In this document: positions 21,897 through 30,602 of the stretch, one piece after another | Position numbering within the stretch: the first letter of the stretch is position 1 | Layout: the number at the start of each line of letters is the position of its first letter | Assembly: GCA_043228905.1 (NCBI GenBank) | Contig: JBHGNT010000371.1 | Coordinates: forward strand, 1-30,602 | Length of the DNA: 30,602 nt | Direction: 5' to 3' | Source: Azolla caroliniana | Taxonomy: Eukaryota; Plantae; Polypodiophyta | Notes under the pieces: model-generated | Told to the model about the DNA's origin: nothing | The model's input: the letters and a program-made list of their open reading frames with translations, nothing else | The model's database searches: none | Position numbers and translations under genes: made by a program

Positions 21897-22934
21897 TTAA
21901 AAGTGGCGAATACAAGCGCGTGGGCGAAGATCACATTGTTGGAGAAGGCGAGAGGTTGCCACGCTTAGAAGTTGTTCCTCCTCACCGGCCTTGAAACGAC
22001 GACGTTGTTCCTCATCTTGTCGTCCGGTCATGCGATAACGGCGCTCGTCCTCCTCGCGCTCGCTACTGTCTCTCTCTCGCTCGGCATCCTCTTCCCATTG
22101 ACGACGTTCCCTTGACACTTGGTTATGGCGGTGACCATCATTGCGTGCCTCTTCTCCGCTAATGTATAAGGCCTCGCGGAGGCGGTTGCAACGCTCTTCT
22201 ACGGGGATTTGTTCCACGTTCCTGCAGCATCTTTCGGAGGGCCTTGCATATCGGCTGATTTCATCCCAAGAGGTGCGACGGCTTCGTCCACGTTCTTCCT
22301 TCTCATTACGTTCTTGTAGGTGGCGGACCTGCCTATCGACGAAGTTTTGGCACTCTTGCCTCAACTCTCGGTCTCGTGGCTCATCGCGATCGCGGCCGCG
22401 ACGATCCCGTTCCTCTTCGGACTCTCTCTTGTTGTCTCTGCGACGTCCTTCATCGAGGGATCCTTCACGACGTCGGTCGCGCCTCTCCTGCTCGACATCC
22501 TCCTCCCTGCGTCGATCGCGCCTCTCGTCACGTGACTCATCACGATCGCGACCGCGACGATCCCGTTCCTCTTCGGACTCTCTCTTGTTGTCTCCGTAGC
22601 GCCCCTCCTCGATGGACCCCTCGCGACGTCCCCCGCGCCTCTCCTCATCGAAATCCTCCTCCCTGCGTCGATCGCGCCTCTCCTCACGTGGCTCATCGCG
22701 ATCGTGACTGCGACGATCCCGGTCCTCATCCGACTCTCTCTTGTTGTCTCTGTAGCGCCTCTCATCGATGGATCCCTCACGACGTCCGCTGCGCCTCTCC
22801 TCGTCGACATCCTCCTCCCTACGTCGATCGCGCCTCTCCTCTTCGCGATCCCGTCCTACAGATCTAGCATTGGCCGCGCCGCAGGCGGCTAGCATGATAA
22901 CCGCCATGAGGAATATGATAGTGAGCTTCGCCAT
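21897..22934 (-). CDS. Arg/Glu-rich 2S-albumin-like precursor, copy 11 (R59)
   Basis: Intact 345-aa ORF, R59 allele. Confidence 0.85.
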   Translation of the reverse strand: MAKLTIIFLMAVIMLAACGAANARSVGRDREEERRDRRREEDVDEERRSGRREGSIDERRYRDNKRESDEDRDRRSHDRDEPREERRDRRREEDFDEERRGGRREGSIEEGRYGDNKRESEEERDRRGRDRDESRDERRDRRREEDVEQERRDRRREGSLDEGRRRDNKRESEEERDRRGRDRDEPRDRELRQECQNFVDRQVRHLQERNEKEERGRSRRTSWDEISRYARPSERCCRNVEQIPVEERCNRLREALYISGEEARNDGHRHNQVSRERRQWEEDAERERDSSEREEDERRYRMTGRQDEEQRRRFKAGEEEQLLSVATSRLLQQCDLRPRACIRHF

Positions 22935-24057
22935 TGCTTGTGTTCGGAACTACCCCGGTTCTCTCTCCGCCTATTTGAGTGTGTCATGGTTGATCCACCC
23001 TTATATACACAAGGCCATGCATGTCTAGTACATGCATGTCCCTTCCCACGTCCATTCCTATAGACGTTAATGGCATGATCCATACTTGGGCCACGGAAGA
23101 GACCATTCACTTTTATCCACCCCCCTTTACGTGTCCAGGATCCTCCTGCTTCGACCTACCATATCACTAGCCCTATACTCACCTCCATCACACCAGGAGT
23201 GGGATTATGCACTTGGGCATTTCAAATCTACTAACCTATGGACGCTTCGTCCATATTGCAACGTAGACAGTATGTAACCTCATGATAGCCACCTACACAT
23301 GTGATGCCATTGAGGTTGTAGAGTGCGTATGGGCCTCGTAAAACGAGGATAAGGTGGTGAGAAAAGGTTTTTAGGGTGTTGGTTCTCTCCACGAAAACGT
23401 TATCGGTGGTTGTGGCCACGAGGGGGTTTAGAATCCATTGCGACCAACATACGGACGACGACACGCGTTTTCATTGTGATTACAAGATCCGTCGTCGTTG
23501 TGGACGCTGCAACCACCGGAGGAATATGAAGGTGGCACCATTCAAGGACAACATTTCTAGGTGAAACATGCGTGGGTTGGTTGGTTCACACGATGATGAA
23601 AATGGTAGATAGACATGGGAATTTCATGTGGAATCATGTTTGTAGTAGGAGTTACGATCAGCCACTACTATTGCGCACATCATGGTACGGCGAGACACGG
23701 CATTGTATGAGGGTGGCTTCAATACAACATTGTGATGGCATCGACGTTTGACGAGTTTCGCGTTGCTCGTGAGAGAGATAGCGATAGATGGATAGAGATA
23801 GATATAGGTAGGGTGGGAGTGGGTAGTGTGCGTGTGGGCACGTTACCTAATCATGTGTGCGTGGAGTTTCATTTTGCTTGTGCAATGAGCGAGCGAGGGC
23901 ACGCGACCTGATCGTGCGTGCGTGCGTGCGTGTTGTGCGCGAGCGTGGGAGAAATATGATTGAGAGGGTTATGAGAACGTCAAGACACCACACAGAGCAC
24001 ACCATTTACATTTACGATGTTCAGAAAGTGTATAGTTGAAAAAGTTATGTACGTTCT

Positions 24058-25095
24058 TTAAAAGTGGCGAATACAAGCGCGTGGGCGAAGATCACATTGT
24101 TGGAGAAGGCGAGAGGTTGCCACGCTTAGAAGTTGTTCCTCCTCACCGGCCTTGAAACGACGACGTTGTTCCTCATCTTGTCGTCCGGTCATGCGATAAC
24201 GGCGCTCGTCCTCCTCGCGCTCGCTACTGTCTCTCTCTCGCTCGGCATCCTCTTCCCATTGACGACGTTCCCTTGACACTTGGTTATGGCGGTGACCATC
24301 ATTGCGTGCCTCTTCTCCGCTAATGTATAAGGCCTCGCGGAGGCGGTTGCAACGCTCTTCTACGGGGATTTGTTCCACGTTCCTGCAGCATCTTTCGGAG
24401 GGCCTTGCATATCGGCTGATTTCATCCCAAGAGGTGCGACGGCTTCGTCCACGTTCTTCCTTCTCATTACGTTCTTGTAGGTGGCGGACCTGCCTATCGA
24501 CGAAGTTTTGGCACTCTTGCCTCAACTCTCGGTCTCGTGGCTCATCGCGATCGCGGCCGCGACGATCCCGTTCCTCTTCGGACTCTCTCTTGTTGTCTCT
24601 GCGACGTCCTTCATCGAGGGATCCTTCACGACGTCGGTCGCGCCTCTCCTGCTCGACATCCTCCTCCCTGCGTCGATCGCGCCTCTCGTCACGTGACTCA
24701 TCACGATCGCGACCGCGACGATCCCGTTCCTCTTCGGACTCTCTCTTGTTGTCTCCGTAGCGCCCCTCCTCGATGGACCCCTCGCGACGTCCCCCGCGCC
24801 TCTCCTCATCGAAATCCTCCTCCCTGCGTCGATCGCGCCTCTCCTCACGTGGCTCATCGCGATCGTGACTGCGACGATCCCGGTCCTCATCCGACTCTCT
24901 CTTGTTGTCTCTGTAGCGCCTCTCATCGATGGATCCCTCACGACGTCCGCTGCGCCTCTCCTCGTCGACATCCTCCTCCCTACGTCGATCGCGCCTCTCC
25001 TCTTCGCGATCCCGTCCTACAGATCTAGCATTGGCCGCGCCGCAGGCGGCTAGCATGATAACCGCCATGAGGAATATGATAGTGAGCTTCGCCAT
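24058..25095 (-). CDS. Arg/Glu-rich 2S-albumin-like precursor, copy 12 (R59)
   Basis: Intact 345-aa ORF, R59 allele. Confidence 0.85.
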   Translation of the reverse strand: MAKLTIIFLMAVIMLAACGAANARSVGRDREEERRDRRREEDVDEERRSGRREGSIDERRYRDNKRESDEDRDRRSHDRDEPREERRDRRREEDFDEERRGGRREGSIEEGRYGDNKRESEEERDRRGRDRDESRDERRDRRREEDVEQERRDRRREGSLDEGRRRDNKRESEEERDRRGRDRDEPRDRELRQECQNFVDRQVRHLQERNEKEERGRSRRTSWDEISRYARPSERCCRNVEQIPVEERCNRLREALYISGEEARNDGHRHNQVSRERRQWEEDAERERDSSEREEDERRYRMTGRQDEEQRRRFKAGEEEQLLSVATSRLLQQCDLRPRACIRHF

Positions 25096-26218
25096 TGCTT
25101 GTGTTCGGAACTACCCCGGTTCTCTCTCCGCCTATTTGAGTGTGTCATGGTTGATCCACCCTTATATACACAAGGCCATGCATGTCTAGTACATGCATGT
25201 CCCTTCCCACGTCCATTCCTATAGACGTTAATGGCATGATCCATACTTGGGCCACGGAAGAGACCATTCACTTTTATCCACCCCCCTTTACGTGTCCAGG
25301 ATCCTCCTGCTTCGACCTACCATATCACTAGCCCTATACTCACCTCCATCACACCAGGAGTGGGATTATGCACTTGGGCATTTCAAATCTACTAACCTAT
25401 GGACGCTTCGTCCATATTGCAACGTAGACAGTATGTAACCTCATGATAGCCACCTACACATGTGATGCCATTGAGGTTGTAGAGTGCGTATGGGCCTCGT
25501 AAAACGAGGATAAGGTGGTGAGAAAAGGTTTTTAGGGTGTTGGTTCTCTCCACGAAAACGTTATCGGTGGTTGTGGCCACGAGGGGGTTTAGAATCCATT
25601 GCGACCAACATACGGACGACGACACGCGTTTTCATTGTGATTACAAGATCCGTCGTCGTTGTGGACGCTGCAACCACCGGAGGAATATGAAGGTGGCACC
25701 ATTCAAGGACAACATTTCTAGGTGAAACATGCGTGGGTTGGTTGGTTCACACGATGATGAAAATGGTAGATAGACATGGGAATTTCATGTGGAATCATGT
25801 TTGTAGTAGGAGTTACGATCAGCCACTACTATTGCGCACATCATGGTACGGCGAGACACGGCATTGTATGAGGGTGGCTTCAATACAACATTGTGATGGC
25901 ATCGACGTTTGACGAGTTTCGCGTTGCTCGTGAGAGAGATAGCGATAGATGGATAGAGATAGATATAGGTAGGGTGGGAGTGGGTAGTGTGCGTGTGGGC
26001 ACGTTACCTAATCATGTGTGCGTGGAGTTTCATTTTGCTTGTGCAATGAGCGAGCGAGGGCACGCGACCTGATCGTGCGTGCGTGCGTGCGTGTTGTGCG
26101 CGAGCGTGGGAGAAATATGATTGAGAGGGTTATGAGAACGTCAAGACACCACACAGAGCACACCATTTACATTTACGATGTTCAGAAAGTGTATAGTTGA
26201 AAAAGTTATGTACGTTCT

Positions 26219-27256
26219 TTAAAAGTGGCGAATACAAGCGCGTGGGCGAAGATCACATTGTTGGAGAAGGCGAGAGGTTGCCACGCTTAGAAGTTGTTCC
26301 TCCTCACCGGCCTTGAAACGACGACGTTGTTCCTCATCTTGTCGTCCGGTCATGCGATAACGGCGCTCGTCCTCCTCGCGCTCGCTACTGTCTCTCTCTC
26401 GCTCGGCATCCTCTTCCCATTGACGACGTTCCCTTGACACTTGGTTATGGCGGTGACCATCATTGCGTGCCTCTTCTCCGCTAATGTATAAGGCCTCGCG
26501 GAGGCGGTTGCAACGCTCTTCTACGGGGATTTGTTCCACGTTCCTGCAGCATCTTTCGGAGGGCCTTGCATATCGGCTGATTTCATCCCAAGAGGTGCGA
26601 CGGCTTCGTCCACGTTCTTCCTTCTCATTACGTTCTTGTAGGTGGCGGACCTGCCTATCGACGAAGTTTTGGCACTCTTGCCTCAACTCTCGGTCTCGTG
26701 GCTCATCGCGATCGCGGCCGCGACGATCCCGTTCCTCTTCGGACTCTCTCTTGTTGTCTCTGCGACGTCCTTCATCGAGGGATCCTTCACGACGTCGGTC
26801 GCGCCTCTCCTGCTCGACATCCTCCTCCCTGCGTCGATCGCGCCTCTCGTCACGTGACTCATCACGATCGCGACCGCGACGATCCCGTTCCTCTTCGGAC
26901 TCTCTCTTGTTGTCTCCGTAGCGCCCCTCCTCGATGGACCCCTCGCGACGTCCCCCGCGCCTCTCCTCATCGAAATCCTCCTCCCTGCGTCGATCGCGCC
27001 TCTCCTCACGTGGCTCATCGCGATCGTGACTGCGACGATCCCGGTCCTCATCCGACTCTCTCTTGTTGTCTCTGTAGCGCCTCTCATCGATGGATCCCTC
27101 ACGACGTCCGCTGCGCCTCTCCTCGTCGACATCCTCCTCCCTACGTCGATCGCGCCTCTCCTCTTCGCGATCCCGTCCTACAGATCTAGCATTGGCCGCG
27201 CCGCAGGCGGCTAGCATGATAACCGCCATGAGGAATATGATAGTGAGCTTCGCCAT
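26219..27256 (-). CDS. Arg/Glu-rich 2S-albumin-like precursor, copy 13 (R59)
   Basis: Intact 345-aa ORF, R59 allele. Confidence 0.85.
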   Translation of the reverse strand: MAKLTIIFLMAVIMLAACGAANARSVGRDREEERRDRRREEDVDEERRSGRREGSIDERRYRDNKRESDEDRDRRSHDRDEPREERRDRRREEDFDEERRGGRREGSIEEGRYGDNKRESEEERDRRGRDRDESRDERRDRRREEDVEQERRDRRREGSLDEGRRRDNKRESEEERDRRGRDRDEPRDRELRQECQNFVDRQVRHLQERNEKEERGRSRRTSWDEISRYARPSERCCRNVEQIPVEERCNRLREALYISGEEARNDGHRHNQVSRERRQWEEDAERERDSSEREEDERRYRMTGRQDEEQRRRFKAGEEEQLLSVATSRLLQQCDLRPRACIRHF

Positions 27257-28379
27257 TGCTTGTGTTCGGAACTACCCCGGTTCTCTCTCCGCCTATTTGA
27301 GTGTGTCATGGTTGATCCACCCTTATATACACAAGGCCATGCATGTCTAGTACATGCATGTCCCTTCCCACGTCCATTCCTATAGACGTTAATGGCATGA
27401 TCCATACTTGGGCCACGGAAGAGACCATTCACTTTTATCCACCCCCCTTTACGTGTCCAGGATCCTCCTGCTTCGACCTACCATATCACTAGCCCTATAC
27501 TCACCTCCATCACACCAGGAGTGGGATTATGCACTTGGGCATTTCAAATCTACTAACCTATGGACGCTTCGTCCATATTGCAACGTAGACAGTATGTAAC
27601 CTCATGATAGCCACCTACACATGTGATGCCATTGAGGTTGTAGAGTGCGTATGGGCCTCGTAAAACGAGGATAAGGTGGTGAGAAAAGGTTTTTAGGGTG
27701 TTGGTTCTCTCCACGAAAACGTTATCGGTGGTTGTGGCCACGAGGGGGTTTAGAATCCATTGCGACCAACATACGGACGACGACACGCGTTTTCATTGTG
27801 ATTACAAGATCCGTCGTCGTTGTGGACGCTGCAACCACCGGAGGAATATGAAGGTGGCACCATTCAAGGACAACATTTCTAGGTGAAACATGCGTGGGTT
27901 GGTTGGTTCACACGATGATGAAAATGGTAGATAGACATGGGAATTTCATGTGGAATCATGTTTGTAGTAGGAGTTACGATCAGCCACTACTATTGCGCAC
28001 ATCATGGTACGGCGAGACACGGCATTGTATGAGGGTGGCTTCAATACAACATTGTGATGGCATCGACGTTTGACGAGTTTCGCGTTGCTCGTGAGAGAGA
28101 TAGCGATAGATGGATAGAGATAGATATAGGTAGGGTGGGAGTGGGTAGTGTGCGTGTGGGCACGTTACCTAATCATGTGTGCGTGGAGTTTCATTTTGCT
28201 TGTGCAATGAGCGAGCGAGGGCACGCGACCTGATCGTGCGTGCGTGCGTGCGTGTTGTGCGCGAGCGTGGGAGAAATATGATTGAGAGGGTTATGAGAAC
28301 GTCAAGACACCACACAGAGCACACCATTTACATTTACGATGTTCAGAAAGTGTATAGTTGAAAAAGTTATGTACGTTCT

Positions 28380-29417
28380 TTAAAAGTGGCGAATACAAGC
28401 GCGTGGGCGAAGATCACATTGTTGGAGAAGGCGAGAGGTTGCCACGCTTAGAAGTTGTTCCTCCTCACCGGCCTTGAAACGACGACGTTGTTCCTCATCT
28501 TGTCGTCCGGTCATGCGATAACGGCGCTCGTCCTCCTCGCGCTCGCTACTGTCTCTCTCTCGCTCGGCATCCTCTTCCCATTGACGACGTTCCCTTGACA
28601 CTTGGTTATGGCGGTGACCATCATTGCGTGCCTCTTCTCCGCTAATGTATAAGGCCTCGCGGAGGCGGTTGCAACGCTCTTCTACGGGGATTTGTTCCAC
28701 GTTCCTGCAGCATCTTTCGGAGGGCCTTGCATATCGGCTGATTTCATCCCAAGAGGTGCGACGGCTTCGTCCACGTTCTTCCTTCTCATTACGTTCTTGT
28801 AGGTGGCGGACCTGCCTATCGACGAAGTTTTGGCACTCTTGCCTCAACTCTCGGTCTCGTGGCTCATCGCGATCGCGGCCGCGACGATCCCGTTCCTCTT
28901 CGGACTCTCTCTTGTTGTCTCTGCGACGTCCTTCATCGAGGGATCCTTCACGACGTCGGTCGCGCCTCTCCTGCTCGACATCCTCCTCCCTGCGTCGATC
29001 GCGCCTCTCGTCACGTGACTCATCACGATCGCGACCGCGACGATCCCGTTCCTCTTCGGACTCTCTCTTGTTGTCTCCGTAGCGCCCCTCCTCGATGGAC
29101 CCCTCGCGACGTCCCCCGCGCCTCTCCTCATCGAAATCCTCCTCCCTGCGTCGATCGCGCCTCTCCTCACGTGGCTCATCGCGATCGTGACTGCGACGAT
29201 CCCGGTCCTCATCCGACTCTCTCTTGTTGTCTCTGTAGCGCCCCTCATCGATGGATCCCTCACGACGTCCGCTGCGCCTCTCCTCGTCGACATCCTCCTC
29301 CCTACGTCGATCGCGCCTCTCCTCTTCGCGATCCCGTCCTACAGATCTAGCATTGGCCGCGCCGCAGGCGGCTAGCATGATAACCGCCATGAGGAATATG
29401 ATAGTGAGCTTCGCCAT
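28380..29417 (-). CDS. Arg/Glu-rich 2S-albumin-like precursor, copy 14 (G59)
   Basis: Intact 345-aa ORF, G59 allele. Confidence 0.85.
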   Translation of the reverse strand: MAKLTIIFLMAVIMLAACGAANARSVGRDREEERRDRRREEDVDEERRSGRREGSIDEGRYRDNKRESDEDRDRRSHDRDEPREERRDRRREEDFDEERRGGRREGSIEEGRYGDNKRESEEERDRRGRDRDESRDERRDRRREEDVEQERRDRRREGSLDEGRRRDNKRESEEERDRRGRDRDEPRDRELRQECQNFVDRQVRHLQERNEKEERGRSRRTSWDEISRYARPSERCCRNVEQIPVEERCNRLREALYISGEEARNDGHRHNQVSRERRQWEEDAERERDSSEREEDERRYRMTGRQDEEQRRRFKAGEEEQLLSVATSRLLQQCDLRPRACIRHF

Positions 29418-30540
29418 TGCTTGTGTTCGGAACTACCCCGGTTCTCTCTCCGCCTATTTGAGTGTGTCATGGTTGATCCACCCTTATATACACAAGGCCA
29501 TGCATGTCTAGTACATGCATGTCCCTTCCCACGTCCATTCCTATAGACGTTAATGGCATGATCCATACTTGGGCCACGGAAGAGACCATTCACTTTTATC
29601 CACCCCCCTTTACGTGTCCAGGATCCTCCTGCTTCGACCTACCATATCACTAGCCCTATACTCACCTCCATCACACCAGGAGTGGGATTATGCACTTGGG
29701 CATTTCAAATCTACTAACCTATGGACGCTTCGTCCATATTGCAACGTAGACAGTATGTAACCTCATGATAGCCACCTACACATGTGATGCCATTGAGGTT
29801 GTAGAGTGCGTATGGGCCTCGTAAAACGAGGATAAGGTGGTGAGAAAAGGTTTTTAGGGTGTTGGTTCTCTCCACGAAAACGTTATCGGTGGTTGTGGCC
29901 ACGAGGGGGTTTAGAATCCATTGCGACCAACATACGGACGACGACACGCGTTTTCATTGTGATTACAAGATCCGTCGTCGTTGTGGACGCTGCAACCACC
30001 GGAGGAATATGAAGGTGGCACCATTCAAGGACAACATTTCTAGGTGAAACATGCGTGGGTTGGTTGGTTCACACGATGATGAAAATGGTAGATAGACATG
30101 GGAATTTCATGTGGAATCATGTTTGTAGTAGGAGTTACGATCAGCCACTACTATTGCGCACATCATGGTACGGCGAGACACGGCATTGTATGAGGGTGGC
30201 TTCAATACAACATTGTGATGGCATCGACGTTTGACGAGTTTCGCGTTGCTCGTGAGAGAGATAGCGATAGATGGATAGAGATAGATATAGGTAGGGTGGG
30301 AGTGGGTAGTGTGCGTGTGGGCACGTTACCTAATCATGTGTGCGTGGAGTTTCATTTTGCTTGTGCAATGAGCGAGCGAGGGCACGCGACCTGATCGTGC
30401 GTGCGTGCGTGCGTGTTGTGCGCGAGCGTGGGAGAAATATGATTGAGAGGGTTATGAGAACGTCAAGACACCACACAGAGCACACCATTTACATTTACGA
30501 TGTTCAGAAAGTGTATAGTTGAAAAAGTTATGTACGTTCT

Positions 30541-30602
30541 TTAAAAGTGGCGAATACAAGCGCGTGGGCGAAGATCACATTGTTGGAGAAGGCGAGAGGT
30601 TG
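30541..30602 (-). CDS. 3' end of copy 15, truncated by the window edge
   Basis: Identical to 287..348 and encodes ...ATSRLLQQCDLRPRACIRHF-stop. Confidence 0.8.
   Translation of the reverse strand, partial: TSRLLQQCDLRPRACIRHF

Larger units (their letters stand above)
1..30602. repeat. Head-to-tail tandem gene array, 2161-bp unit, about 14.2 copies, extending beyond both window edges
   Basis: Every ORF recurs at exactly +2161 (287, 2448, 4609 ... 28380, 30541). Units are near-identical: four substitution sites and no indels found by eye and from the ORF track. Confidence 0.99.

Overview
The whole window lies inside a head-to-tail tandem array with an exact 2161-bp period: 14 complete units plus the start of a 15th, and both ends are open. 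Each unit holds one intronless minus-strand gene for a 345-aa secreted protein. It has a signal peptide, three 52-aa Arg/Glu/Asp repeats (each built from four 13-aa subrepeats) and a C-terminal domain with a reduced 2S-albumin/prolamin-superfamily cysteine skeleton. That skeleton keeps 6 of the 8 cysteines, and the two missing ones (C1 and C5) are disulfide partners in 2S albumins. Each gene has its own compact plant seed/spore-maturation-type promoter (TATA, two CATGCATG RY boxes, ABRE motifs). I found only four variable sites and no indels among the copies, and one of them (R59G) is arranged in blocks. The best interpretation is a very recently amplified or strongly homogenised array of an unusual arginine-rich, 2S-albumin-like storage protein gene from a land plant. 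Family, taxon and function are inferred from motifs only, with no database search.
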